In this document: one piece after another, positions 27,570-37,592 of the stretch
Layout of the letters: each line of letters opens with the position of its first letter
How positions within the stretch are numbered: position 1 is the first letter of the stretch
Source: an uncultured Eubacteriales bacterium
GTDB lineage: Bacteria; Bacillota; Clostridia; Lachnospirales; Lachnospiraceae
Direction of reading: 5' to 3'
Assembly: GCA_963622995.1 (NCBI GenBank)
Contig: CAVFLH010000001.1
Location: 1-58,048 of the forward strand
DNA length: 58,048 nucleotides
The notes under the pieces: generated by a model
What the model saw: the letters and a program-made list of their open reading frames with translations, nothing else
What the model was told of the DNA's origin: nothing
Databases searched by the model: none
Translations under genes and position numbers: made by a program

Positions 27570-28934
27570 TTATTTTCCATCTAATGTTTTCCCAACATCT
27601 TCCATCGACTCCGGGTCCAGGATCACCTTCATCGCCCAGGGCGGAACATCCGCATCGCTGTAATTGTCCCTCATAAACACGAACGCCGTGTCGTAGGGCG
27701 GCATTTTCACCGGAAATGTCCCGTATCCGTCCGTGAAATATAGGAGTCCCCGCAGCCTACTGAACTTCCCAGCCTTGATCATCTGGTCCACATGCAGGAA
27801 CGCCGGGCGGAAATCTGTCCCACCCATGCCGTGGAGTTCCATGTGGTCCATGTAATTCCGAAGATCCTCTTCCTTCTCGATCTTCACATCCTGGCGGACC
27901 TTGTCATCGCACTGTAAAATGTGGATATTGACCTTCTTAAAGAAGCTCTCCGACTGGGCCAGCACCCCGTAGGTCTCTTCCAGGAACTTCTTCACCAGTT
28001 CCCCGGAACATGACATCGATGTGTCGATGACGACAACAAAGTCCTCGATCCGCCGGACTTCCTTCGTCTCGAGGGGCTCGATCAGCGGCATATTTCCATA
28101 TAACTGCATGCCGTAATTGTAAAATACATAGTCGAAGGCGTCAGGATCGATCTGAACCGTCTCCTTTAACACCGAAAATTTCCGCAAAAACTTCCGGTAA
28201 TCGTACCGCTCCCGGTTCTCCACCGCAAGCTGGTCCATCAGCTCCTTGGAGTCATCCGCCGCCTCGTTGGAGAACGCCTCCATCTCCGCCTGCATCTTCT
28301 CCCGCTTGTCATCCCAGTCATTTTTCCGGTTCCGGTTGGGATTCGGGGACTTCTTCTCGTCCTCTTTCTCCCATCTGGAATGGTCATCCCGGCAGAATTC
28401 CCGGCAGAGCCGTTCATATTCGATCTCGGAGAACTCCATCTCCTGCATGGCGTGATAGATGCTCTCCGCGTTCAGTACCTTGATCTTTTTCTGCAGCCGT
28501 CCGTAGAACTCTGCCCGCACCGGGGACATTGGCAGGTGGACACAGGGCTTGTGGATCCCGTCGATCAGGGACTCCACGGCGATATCGCAGGCCAGGTTCC
28601 AGTATTCCTCTGTCCGCTTTTTCCTCGACCATGGGTGGACAAAGAGACAATGGAAGGTCTCGTGCAGGATCATCCGGTTTACATAAACAGGATTTCTCCG
28701 GTACCAGCCGCAGATGTATCCCGTCTCAAAAGATAACAAGGTTCCATCCGTTCCGATTCCCTTAATGCTGCTGTCCGCCACCGGGAACAGGCCGTTTAAG
28801 GCCACGTCGAGAAACCGCATGGAAAGATACAGTTCATTTCTCGCGTTCCGTATGATCTCAACGCCGATCGCCGCCAGTTCTTCCAGTGCGCCCTGCTCCT
28901 TTAGGATCGGCGACCATGCCGCATCTTCTCTCAT
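27570..28934 (-). CDS. DUF2201-family protein: HExxH metallopeptidase-like N-domain + VWA domain
   Basis: LHETFHCLFVH, WNLACDIAVE, MIDAS VIDTSMS, GGTDFRP and YFTDGYG. ATG 28934 follows GGAGG. Confidence 0.85.
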   Translation of the reverse strand: MREDAAWSPILKEQGALEELAAIGVEIIRNARNELYLSMRFLDVALNGLFPVADSSIKGIGTDGTLLSFETGYICGWYRRNPVYVNRMILHETFHCLFVHPWSRKKRTEEYWNLACDIAVESLIDGIHKPCVHLPMSPVRAEFYGRLQKKIKVLNAESIYHAMQEMEFSEIEYERLCREFCRDDHSRWEKEDEKKSPNPNRNRKNDWDDKREKMQAEMEAFSNEAADDSKELMDQLAVENRERYDYRKFLRKFSVLKETVQIDPDAFDYVFYNYGMQLYGNMPLIEPLETKEVRRIEDFVVVIDTSMSCSGELVKKFLEETYGVLAQSESFFKKVNIHILQCDDKVRQDVKIEKEEDLRNYMDHMELHGMGGTDFRPAFLHVDQMIKAGKFSRLRGLLYFTDGYGTFPVKMPPYDTAFVFMRDNYSDADVPPWAMKVILDPESMEDVGKTLDGK

Positions 28935-29075
28935 GACGATTTTCAACCTCCTTGTCCATTATCTTCAAATATCGCATTTCGGTATTCTTCACCTCAAAAT
29001 ACTGTTCTTAAATTCCTGCCGTCTGCCATTTTATGTAAATCACTTGGTCTGACAAACTTACATGCACTCTTTATC

Positions 29076-29987
29076 TTATAAGTCGAAATCGAAACTCTTT
29101 TTCCTTACACCAAACTTTTTCCTCTGGATCTCCATAAACATCCCCGAAAGCTCCGGCAGATGCTTTTTCGAGATCTCCGTAATTAACCCGGACATCTGCT
29201 CCGCAGTCAGCGGATTCTTTTCCGGTGTCAAATACTGTCCCGCGATCCATTTTACGGTCTCCGGCTCCTCAAGACTTCCAAGAAGTACCTCATAGAGCTT
29301 CTCCATAAGAAACTTTTCATATTCCTTCTTCGCGCTCTCCCACAGTCCTTTCGGATACCGCAGCCGGGTCACCGCGATCTTCAATGCCATGAGAACCGAT
29401 TCCTCTACTTTTTCGTACACAAACAGTTTATCATATCTGTCAAATCGGAATTTTCTACCTTCAAAGCAGTAGCGGTACTTCTGTCCCGCGCCGTGGATAT
29501 TGGATACTGTAATTCTGGCGGGCGTATTTTCCACCGCCTCGTCGTAGTATTCCGGGAAGATCACACGCGCGGTCTCGATCTCTTCGTCCTGCTCCATGCC
29601 CGGCATAAACATGTACACCGTGACCCGCTCATTGATCTCCGTCACAAAATCCCTGAGCGCGGATTCCTCGTCGGCGCCCATATGCACGGTCAGGCTTTTA
29701 ATATTCCGGCAGCCCGTAAACACGCCGCCGCCGACCTCCCGGAGCGCCCCGTAAAAATGGATCTCCTGAAGTTTCTCACATCCATAAAATTCATATCTTC
29801 CGATCCGGGTGAGTGTCTGCGGGAGATAAACTTTCTCCACCGCACTCCCCGAAAATACCTTGTCTGCCAGTTCTGTCACCGGGAGTCCTCCGAGACTTTC
29901 CGGTACCACGCAGACGGCGCCTGGTGCCAAAAGCTTTGTCACACAAGCGCCCCCGTTTTTCTCTTTAAATTCAAATTGAACGTCCAT
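29076..29987 (-). CDS. BspA-type (LRR_5) leucine-rich repeat protein with unknown C-terminal domain
   Basis: VPESLGGLPVTEL, LPQTLTRIGRYEFYGCEKL and VFTGCRNI repeats. No signal peptide. Confidence 0.75.
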   Translation of the reverse strand: MDVQFEFKEKNGGACVTKLLAPGAVCVVPESLGGLPVTELADKVFSGSAVEKVYLPQTLTRIGRYEFYGCEKLQEIHFYGALREVGGGVFTGCRNIKSLTVHMGADEESALRDFVTEINERVTVYMFMPGMEQDEEIETARVIFPEYYDEAVENTPARITVSNIHGAGQKYRYCFEGRKFRFDRYDKLFVYEKVEESVLMALKIAVTRLRYPKGLWESAKKEYEKFLMEKLYEVLLGSLEEPETVKWIAGQYLTPEKNPLTAEQMSGLITEISKKHLPELSGMFMEIQRKKFGVRKKSFDFDL

Positions 29988-30082
29988 ACTTTTCCAATCC
30001 GGAAGTTCAGTCCTGATTCTTTCTCAGGGCCAAACTTTTATTATTTTATCGCCATCTGAGCAATAAATGCGCAGATCTCTCC

Positions 30083-31459
30083 TTAATCCTCGATCAACTT
30101 ATTTAATTTCCGCATCGCACTGAACCGGTAATAGTATACCAGGAATGCCAGCGAAGTGATACTCCAGCTCAACGGATAGCTCGTCAGCGTCGTATATAAT
30201 CCCGGATGGACCGCTCCCGCGCCGAATACCCATACGACACGCAGGATACATGTTCCGACGCAGATGATCAGCATCGGGATCAGGGCGTCGCCCACACCTC
30301 GTAGCGTACACGGATATACGTTGACGCAGATATAGCAGAACCAGAACGGCACCAGGAAGTGGATAATACTCATGCTCTCCGCCATGACATCCGCATCGTT
30401 CGTAAAGAGACTGATGAGGACCGGACCTGCCGTGAACATAAACAGGCCAAGCGCCGCCGTGATGATCGTCGACATGAGAAGTCCCACATAGGTTCCCTTT
30501 TTCAGACGCTTAATCTTACCCGCGCCGAAGTTCTGGCCTGCGAAGGTCGTCACGGAGATTCCCATGGCATCCATAGTCATCCAGAAGATACCGTCGATCT
30601 TTCCGTAGACTGCCCAGGATGCGATCGTGTTTGTTCCGTATCCATTGATGTTCGCCTGGATCAGGATATTGGAGATCGAGTACATCATGGACTGGAGTCC
30701 GGCCGGAAGACCGATCTTTATGATTCTCTTTAACAGCACCGGCTCCACCCGGAGTTCCTTCGGTCTGAACCGGTAAGATTCCTTCGTCCGGATCAGTGTT
30801 ACCATAACCAGCGTTGCCGATAAAAGCTGGGACATGATCGTCGCAAGCGCCGCACCGGCAACTTCCAGATGAAGACAGACAACGAAGAGCAGGTCCAGAA
30901 CGATGTTTGTCAGGCAGCTCGCGATCAGGAAATACAGCGGTTTCTTTGAATCGCCCACCGCACGCAGGATCGCCGCGCCCATATTGTAGACCAGATTTCC
31001 GATGATACCTAAGAAATAGATTCTGAGGTATGTGACAGAATATCCGAGGATCTCTTCCGGTGCACCCATGGCGCGAATCGCCGCCGGGGTGAAGATCTCA
31101 CCGATAATTAAAAGCGTTACGCCGCCGGCTAACGCCAGGCAGAATGCCGTGTGGACTGATTTTTGCACCTGCTGTTCTTCCTTCGCCCCGTAGAACTGGG
31201 ATACGACGACAGCCGCACCGGAGGACATTCCGACGAAGAAGCCAACCAGCAGGTTGATCAAGGTTCCCGTCGTACCGCCTACCGCGGAAAGTGCCTCTTT
31301 TCCCACAAACTTTCCAACGATCATGGCATCTGCCGTGTTGTAAAGCTGCTGGAAAAATGTTCCAAACAGGATCGGGAAGAAAAAGAGCAGGAGCTGCTGC
31401 CAGATCACGCCGTCCGTGATCCCATTGTATCCCGCCGGATGGTTCTTCTTAAGTGTCAT
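30083..31459 (-). CDS. MATE family efflux transporter
   Basis: FQQLYNTADAMIVG, LRAVGDSKKPL, NIVLDLLFV and FAGQNFGA. Confidence 0.92.
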   Translation of the reverse strand: MTLKKNHPAGYNGITDGVIWQQLLLFFFPILFGTFFQQLYNTADAMIVGKFVGKEALSAVGGTTGTLINLLVGFFVGMSSGAAVVVSQFYGAKEEQQVQKSVHTAFCLALAGGVTLLIIGEIFTPAAIRAMGAPEEILGYSVTYLRIYFLGIIGNLVYNMGAAILRAVGDSKKPLYFLIASCLTNIVLDLLFVVCLHLEVAGAALATIMSQLLSATLVMVTLIRTKESYRFRPKELRVEPVLLKRIIKIGLPAGLQSMMYSISNILIQANINGYGTNTIASWAVYGKIDGIFWMTMDAMGISVTTFAGQNFGAGKIKRLKKGTYVGLLMSTIITAALGLFMFTAGPVLISLFTNDADVMAESMSIIHFLVPFWFCYICVNVYPCTLRGVGDALIPMLIICVGTCILRVVWVFGAGAVHPGLYTTLTSYPLSWSITSLAFLVYYYRFSAMRKLNKLIED

Positions 31460-31482
31460 ATTTTCACCCTTTACAAAACTAA

Positions 31483-32469
31483 TTACAGAAGGTTCTTTCT
31501 AAGCTCCTCGCCGCTCTTTGCGGAAAGGTATGCCGGCGGGATGTCAAGAATCGTCTTGCAGCCAGTCATGCCCTCATTCTTCATGCGGAATGCAGCGCGG
31601 GCACAGCAAACGATTACGGAGGAAGTGAATTCCGGGTTGGAATCCAGTTTCAGGCGATACTCGATCACATGTGTATTCTCCTTGTTCCAGCCGGTCTTTC
31701 CGTTTCTGATCACGAAACCGCCGTGCGGGAGTGTGGAATGGTCGCGCTTCATCTCTTCCTCGCTGATGAAATGAACGGTTGTGTCATAGTCGGAGAAATA
31801 GTTCGGCATCGTCACGATTTCTTTCTCGATGCGGGCAAGGTCAGCGCCCTCTTCCGCTACAACGAAGCACTCTCTTGTGTGTTTCTCTCTTGTTGTGAGC
31901 TCCGGTGTCTCACCGTTTCTGATTCTCTCCAGCACGCTCTCAACCGGAACTGTGTACTGTCTCGCGTCCTTCACGCCATCGACACGGCGGATCGCGTCGG
32001 AGTGTCCCTGACTTACGCCCTTGCCCCAGAATGTGTAGTCTTTTCCGTCCGGGAGAATTGCGTTTGCGTATACACGATTTAAAGAGAACATTCCCGGATC
32101 CCAGCCTGCGGAGATCACTGCTACATTTCCTGCTGCCTTTGCCGCCGCGTCAACTGCCGTAAAGTGCTCCGGAATTCTCGCGTGTGTGTCGAAGCTGTCC
32201 ACTACGGTAAAGTATTTCGCGTACTCCGGTGTCTGTACCGGGAGATCTGTCGCGCTTCCGCCGCAGAGGATCAGGACATCGATCTTATCTGTCATATTCT
32301 TTGCCTCGTCAGCATGGTAGACCTTAACGCCCTCGGTCAGGATCTTGACATTTTTCGGATCTCTTCTTGTAAATACTGCCGCGAGTTCCGTATCCGGATT
32401 CTGTTTGATGGCGCACTCAACGCCGCGTCCAAGATTTCCATAACCCATAATTCCGATTCTGATCGTCAT
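31483..32469 (-). CDS. ddh: meso-Diaminopimelate D-dehydrogenase
   Basis: GYGNLGRG, CGGSATDL, DSFDTH, GWDPG, WGKGVSQGHSDA, PHGG and SNPEFT. Confidence 0.95.
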   Translation of the reverse strand: MTIRIGIMGYGNLGRGVECAIKQNPDTELAAVFTRRDPKNVKILTEGVKVYHADEAKNMTDKIDVLILCGGSATDLPVQTPEYAKYFTVVDSFDTHARIPEHFTAVDAAAKAAGNVAVISAGWDPGMFSLNRVYANAILPDGKDYTFWGKGVSQGHSDAIRRVDGVKDARQYTVPVESVLERIRNGETPELTTREKHTRECFVVAEEGADLARIEKEIVTMPNYFSDYDTTVHFISEEEMKRDHSTLPHGGFVIRNGKTGWNKENTHVIEYRLKLDSNPEFTSSVIVCCARAAFRMKNEGMTGCKTILDIPPAYLSAKSGEELRKNLL

Positions 32470-32510
32470 ATTGTTCTCCTCTTCTTTCTTTATTTAATGT
32501 CGCTGTCTTC

Positions 32511-32539
32511 ATTTTACCAATACGCTGTTATAGTGTCAA
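32511..32539 (-). promoter_or_regulatory. Sigma-A promoter of ddh
   Basis: TTGACA-17 bp-TAAAAT with an extended TG. Confidence 0.7.
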
Positions 32540-32715
32540 TTGAAATAAGTTTAACAAACCCGATGCAGTTTGGCTCTTATTGCTGCATATCAGCAATAAA
32601 AATGTGCCGTTTGACTCAGCAGAAAGTTTCGCCGGGATTTTCTGTTATGTAAAACAGCAGGATTTAGAATCTTATTCCAAAAGATCCCAAATTCTGCTGT
32701 TTCAAGATTTCTTTA

Positions 32716-34029
32716 TTAATGTTTTTCCCGCCTCATTAGCACGAACGCAACGCCCGCCGTGATAAATTCCGATACCGTCACCGCAAGCCAGATTCCGTCT
32801 ACACCGAACAGTGCCGGAAGAAGGAATACAAAAACACTGTTTAAGATCACACCACGGAGCAGTGTGATCGTCAGAGAGAACCGCGGCCGTACCGTAGACT
32901 GGAAATAGGTTCCGCTGATGATATTCCACTCGCTGACTAAAAAGCAGAGGAAATACAGCCGGATCGCCGGGACTGCCATGGCAATGATCTCCGGGGTCGG
33001 ATCCAGGAACAGGTAGGATAATTGTACCGGGAGCAGCATGCCGGCTGAGGTGAAGATCAGACCCGCAATAAAACCGGTCCGGACGCCCAGTTTTCTCGCT
33101 TCGCTGACTCTATTTGTATTTCCCGCGCCAAAGTTTGCGGAGAGCAGCGGCTGTACCGCCTGGGCGATACCGTTGGAGATGGATGAGGCCACCAGGGCTG
33201 TGTTCGTGATGATTCCGTATACTGTAATTCCGATCTCTCCCACATAGGCGAGGAGCTGTCGGTTGAAGAGCAGCATGACGAAGCCGTTGGATACCTCTAA
33301 GATAAAGCTTGCAAGCCCGTTTCCGAACACCTCCGGAACATGCTTCCATATATTGTCAAATTCCAGCTTTAAGTGGTTGTCCTTCGAGAAAAAGTGGCTC
33401 GAAAGAATCAGCACTGTAAGCGTCGTTCCTGTCGCTGTCGCCAGCGCTGCGCCGCCCATGCCCCATTTCATGATAAAAATGTATACATAATCCAGGATCA
33501 CGTTGGTGACGCCGCCGCTGATAACGCCCGCCATGGCAAGCTTCGGGGCACCGTCATTCCGGACGAAAGCCTGAAGGAATGTGGACAGGGCAAACATGGG
33601 AACCGCTGTTGTGAGTACCGTTCCGTAAGGCACCGTGTATTCATTTAAGAGCGGGGTGTTTCCCATAAAATTGATTAACGGCGTAAAAAAGACTCTTCCA
33701 AGTACCAGAAATGCCGCCGCCAGGGCAATTACCATGCAGAGCGCCGCTGTAAAATAGCTTCTGGCGCATTTCTCATCGCCTCGTCCCCTGGAAAATCCGA
33801 AGAGGACGCTGCCGCCGACTCCACACATCATTCCGATTCCGAAATATGTGTTGTAAAGCGGCAGTAAAATATTCATCGCCGCAATACCAGAACCGCCAAC
33901 TCCTCGCCCGATCATCATCGTGTCCGCCAGAATGTAGATCGACGTCACGAGTGTCGCGCTGATAGACGGCACCAGGTAACTGAAAAACACCTGGCGGACC
34001 GGGGATTCCAGCATGTTGATCTGTTTCAT
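32716..34029 (-). CDS. MATE family efflux transporter (MepA-like)
   Basis: IYILADTMMIG, FVRNDGAP, NVILDYVYIF..GMGGAALAT and QPLLSANFGA. Confidence 0.9.
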   Translation of the reverse strand: MKQINMLESPVRQVFFSYLVPSISATLVTSIYILADTMMIGRGVGGSGIAAMNILLPLYNTYFGIGMMCGVGGSVLFGFSRGRGDEKCARSYFTAALCMVIALAAAFLVLGRVFFTPLINFMGNTPLLNEYTVPYGTVLTTAVPMFALSTFLQAFVRNDGAPKLAMAGVISGGVTNVILDYVYIFIMKWGMGGAALATATGTTLTVLILSSHFFSKDNHLKLEFDNIWKHVPEVFGNGLASFILEVSNGFVMLLFNRQLLAYVGEIGITVYGIITNTALVASSISNGIAQAVQPLLSANFGAGNTNRVSEARKLGVRTGFIAGLIFTSAGMLLPVQLSYLFLDPTPEIIAMAVPAIRLYFLCFLVSEWNIISGTYFQSTVRPRFSLTITLLRGVILNSVFVFLLPALFGVDGIWLAVTVSEFITAGVAFVLMRREKH

Positions 34030-34176
34030 AAATGTTGCTCCTCAATATTTTCAAAATGTTCTTTGCTGTCTCTTATTTTTCCTTCTGATAACAGTATTTC
34101 AGCAGCTCCTTTTGCAGAGCTGCTGAAATATATCCTTCATAAACTGTTCTTTAAATATCCTTTAATAACAGTGATC

Positions 34177-34869
34177 TTAGTCTGCCACATTAAAATTCGT
34201 TCCGGCATATCCTGCCAAAGTGTCCGCCATCTCTTTTCCGTATTCTGCCGCAAAGTCATCAAGTACCTTCTCTGCGATCTGCTTTCCTTCTTCCCCAAAG
34301 ATTGCCTCACAGATCTCCCTGTAGGACCAGTAAGAATGCGCGCAGTGATACTCGAAGGATCTCAGACCTTCCGGTCTCTTTTGCGGTCTTGAATCTGCAT
34401 TCAGACCTGAGTTGTAAATCGTCTGGACACAATGGTCATGGTCATGAAGCGTCTGGGAAGTCACATAGCGAATCGCCGGATTAAATCCACGGCAGATCGA
34501 TGCATCCAGGTCACTGCAGTAAAGAAGTCCGGCATCCGGAAGACCCATTTTCTTAAACTGAGTATGCCATGGACATACGAAGATATGAACCTCAAAATCC
34601 GGATTCACACTTGTGATCTCGGACTTATTCGCGATTCCGGCATTCTTTGCCTCTTCTGTGTTGACCCACTCGCCGTACTCACAGTATGTCTCATAAGTCA
34701 GCGGCTTTCCGTCACGGATCGCGCGCTGGGCCATTCTGCGTCCGCGCTGCTCGCCGTAATATCTCGTTGCGTGTGAAAACGCCGCCTCGCCGCGGTCACC
34801 AAACATTTCTTTCAGATACACATAGTACTTTGCCGCAATAAATGCGTGTGACATTTCCGTAAATCCCAT
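34177..34869 (-). CDS. ATC-hydrolase/V4R-like family protein
   Basis: YGEQRGRRMA, CPW, YC..D..ICRGFNP and a later Cys, the pattern of the L-2-amino-thiazoline-4-carboxylate hydrolase family. Confidence 0.65.
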   Translation of the reverse strand: MGFTEMSHAFIAAKYYVYLKEMFGDRGEAAFSHATRYYGEQRGRRMAQRAIRDGKPLTYETYCEYGEWVNTEEAKNAGIANKSEITSVNPDFEVHIFVCPWHTQFKKMGLPDAGLLYCSDLDASICRGFNPAIRYVTSQTLHDHDHCVQTIYNSGLNADSRPQKRPEGLRSFEYHCAHSYWSYREICEAIFGEEGKQIAEKVLDDFAAEYGKEMADTLAGYAGTNFNVAD

Positions 34870-34991
34870 AAGCTTTATCCTCCTGTCTTTCTAGGGTATT
34901 GTAAAGCTTTATAGCACATACCAATACGTTTGTCCATAGTTTCAGGATATTCCCAACATTGGATTTATTCATAGCAGACTATATGCTGTTC

Positions 34992-35858
34992 TTATTTCAT
35001 CGCCCCAAGAATATCCGACAGCTGCGCAAACTGCGCCAGGCTTAATGCCTCGCCGCGGATCGTCGGGGTAAGTCCCATCTCAGCGATAGCCGACGCGATC
35101 TGTTCCTTTGTGTATGGAAGTTCAGACGCGTTTCCAAGACCGTTCTGCAGGGTTTTTCTTCTCTGGTTGAAGGACGCGCGGATGATCTTGAACATCAGTG
35201 CGGAGTCCTTTACCTGCACCAGCATCTCTTTATGTCTCGTGAGGCGGATCACCGCGGATCCCACATTCGGGCGCGGGATAAAGCAGTTCGGCGGCACGTT
35301 CGCCACGATCTCCGGCTCCGCGTAATACTGGACTGCCAGGGACAGGGCACCGTAGTCCTTAGAACCTGGACCTTCTTTCATGCGGTCCGCAACTTCCTTC
35401 TGGACCATGACGGTGATGTTGTCGATCGGCACGCCGCTCTCGAAAAGTCCCATGATGATCGGGGTCGTGATGTAGTACGGCAGGTTTGCAACGACCTTGA
35501 TTGGCTTTCCGCCGTTGTATTCCTCTGCGAGTGCCTTAATATCGACTCTCAGGATGTCCTCGTTAATGACGGTGACGTTATCGTAGTCCGCCAGTGTCTC
35601 CTTTAAGATCGGGATCAGGTTCCGGTCGATCTCAACGGCAACAACATGTCCGGCGTTTTCCGCAAGATACTGGGTCATAGTTCCGATTCCCGGGCCGATC
35701 TCAAGGACACAGTCGTCCTTTGTGATTCCAGCCGCGGAGATGATCTTCTCCAAGACGTGAGTGTCGATTAAGAAATTCTGACCGAACTTTTTCTGAAACA
35801 TGAATTCGTATTTCTGTATGATCTCTATGGTATTCTTTGGGTTTCCCAGATTCGCCAT
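34992..35858 (-). CDS. rsmA: 16S rRNA m6,2A dimethyltransferase
   Basis: KKFGQNFL, LEIGPGIG, VANLPYYITTP and FNQRRKTL. Confidence 0.97.
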   Translation of the reverse strand: MANLGNPKNTIEIIQKYEFMFQKKFGQNFLIDTHVLEKIISAAGITKDDCVLEIGPGIGTMTQYLAENAGHVVAVEIDRNLIPILKETLADYDNVTVINEDILRVDIKALAEEYNGGKPIKVVANLPYYITTPIIMGLFESGVPIDNITVMVQKEVADRMKEGPGSKDYGALSLAVQYYAEPEIVANVPPNCFIPRPNVGSAVIRLTRHKEMLVQVKDSALMFKIIRASFNQRRKTLQNGLGNASELPYTKEQIASAIAEMGLTPTIRGEALSLAQFAQLSDILGAMK

Positions 35859-35996
35859 TTATTTCTCTCTTTCTATTTGGGACTGCGTGTTTTACGCAGG
35901 TGTTTTGTCGTATAAGCTGCATCTTGTATACAAAATTCGGCGGGCAGATTTTTCCCGCCATCGTGGCATTATTACGGTATCATTATCCCAGAAATC

Positions 35997-36773
35997 TTAC
36001 TCTGTGATTCTGTACATCTCCCGGGCATTCTTCGCCGTCTCCCGGATAATCTCTTCCCTGGAAACACCCTTGATCTCCGCCAGCTTCTCCACCACATACG
36101 GCAGATTTCCGGAGTAATTTCTCTTTCCGCGGTTCGGCACCGGTGCCAGGTACGGGCAGTCTGTTTCCAGAACGATCCGGTCAAGCGGCGCGTATTCCGC
36201 CACCTCGATCAGCTTTTTCGCATTCTTAAAGGTTAAGACTCCGCCGATTCCGAGGTAATATCCCATATTCAGATATTCTCTCGCCATCTCCACACCGTAG
36301 GAGAAGCAGTGGATCACGCCGCCTGTGGAACCGTTGTGTTCCGCTTTCATGATATCCAGCGTGTCCTTCGCCGCGTCACGGCTGTGAATGATCACCGGAA
36401 GTCCCGTCTTCTTCGCGACCTCAAGCTGTGCCGAAAACCAGTGTTTCTGGATGTCCCGCTCCGGCTCGTCCCAGTAATAGTCGAGTCCGATCTCGCCGAT
36501 GGCCACCACCTTCGGATTCGCTGCCAGGGATTCCAGCCACTTCATATCCGCGTCCGTCAGCTCCGCTGTCTCGTTCGGATGAACGCCGACCGCGGCATAC
36601 ATGAAGGGATGCGCCTCAGCTAACGCCAGTGTCGTCTTTGTGGATGCGATGCTTGCACCTACATTTACGACAGTTCCGACTCCCTGTTCTTTTAATCCCG
36701 CGAGCACTTCCTCCCGGTCCGCGTCAAACGCCTCATCGTCGTAATGGGCGTGTGTGTCAAAAATATAGTCCAT
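35997..36773 (-). CDS. tatD: TatD family nuclease
   Basis: DTHAH, GVHP, IGEIGLDY, IHSR, IHCF and ETDCPY. ATG 36773 follows GAGG. Confidence 0.93.
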   Translation of the reverse strand: MDYIFDTHAHYDDEAFDADREEVLAGLKEQGVGTVVNVGASIASTKTTLALAEAHPFMYAAVGVHPNETAELTDADMKWLESLAANPKVVAIGEIGLDYYWDEPERDIQKHWFSAQLEVAKKTGLPVIIHSRDAAKDTLDIMKAEHNGSTGGVIHCFSYGVEMAREYLNMGYYLGIGGVLTFKNAKKLIEVAEYAPLDRIVLETDCPYLAPVPNRGKRNYSGNLPYVVEKLAEIKGVSREEIIRETAKNAREMYRITE

Positions 36774-36854
36774 TCTTTCTGTCCTCAAGTTATATGTCGT
36801 TTTTATTCTCCTCTGGGGATCGGCATTCGCAAGGCATTCCGCGCGATCCTGTTC

Positions 36855-37592
36855 TTACAGTCCCACAGCCATCTTAATCCCCCAGATTGCCAGTAAATGC
36901 AGCGGATAGAACGCATAGAAAATCTTTCCGCTCACGCCGCCTTTTTCTCCATTGTAACGGTTTATCAAGAAAATTGCAACGCAAGCCGCAACGCCATAGA
37001 AATTCATGTACATGCAGAGCAAAAGTGTACCGCAAACCATCGTGCGAAGCTGCGGTTCTGCCCGCAGTGTATACAATATCGCGATCAGCATGACGCCCAG
37101 AAAATCATAGTCCGTCTTCAGATAGTAAGCTGCCAGTCCAAAAGGAACCGCCGCCAGCACCCGGACGTACCACTCATACCCCGCCGGGATCCGCAGCGTG
37201 ACCGCTCCCGGCCTGGCCCCACAGATCAGGTCTCCCGCCCAGATCGCCAAAAGACCTAAAAGCAGCGTAAACACCGTATTCTGGTCTGCCGGATAAGCGA
37301 GCGTCCCGCCGCCAGCCACAAGATTAAACGGAATCTCCGAAACAACCGCCAGCAAAAGCAGCCTCAGCGCGTACCTTCCCCGGTCTCTCGTGTACACCGC
37401 GCCCTCCGCGATCATAAACGCAAAGAGAGAAAAAGCCACACGCCCCACAAGGCGCATGGCTGTCCCACAAAGACTCCAGGCAGCGCCCGAAGCCAATTCT
37501 GACTGTTCAATAAGCCCAACGGCAGCATGGTCGATGACCATGCATACCAGGGCAATTTTCTTTAGCTGTTCCGCTGAAAAGCGCATGTTCAC
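36855..37592 (-). CDS. TraX-family membrane protein (putative acyltransferase)
   Basis: LKKIALVCMVIDH, GRVAF, EG..YTR, SEIPF, QNTVFTL, DY and FYAFYPLHL. GTG start overlaps the metG stop (TAGTG); ATG 37586 is an alternative. Confidence 0.8.
   Translation of the reverse strand: MNMRFSAEQLKKIALVCMVIDHAAVGLIEQSELASGAAWSLCGTAMRLVGRVAFSLFAFMIAEGAVYTRDRGRYALRLLLLAVVSEIPFNLVAGGGTLAYPADQNTVFTLLLGLLAIWAGDLICGARPGAVTLRIPAGYEWYVRVLAAVPFGLAAYYLKTDYDFLGVMLIAILYTLRAEPQLRTMVCGTLLLCMYMNFYGVAACVAIFLINRYNGEKGGVSGKIFYAFYPLHLLAIWGIKMAVGL

Noticed and set aside
32470..32715. Lysine riboswitch upstream of ddh
   Set aside because: The promoter lies about 40 nt from the start codon, leaving no room, and no L-box motifs were seen.
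36855..37592. TraX as evidence of a conjugative element
   Set aside because: No relaxase, T4SS, integrase or att-like repeats, and the gene is flanked by housekeeping genes.
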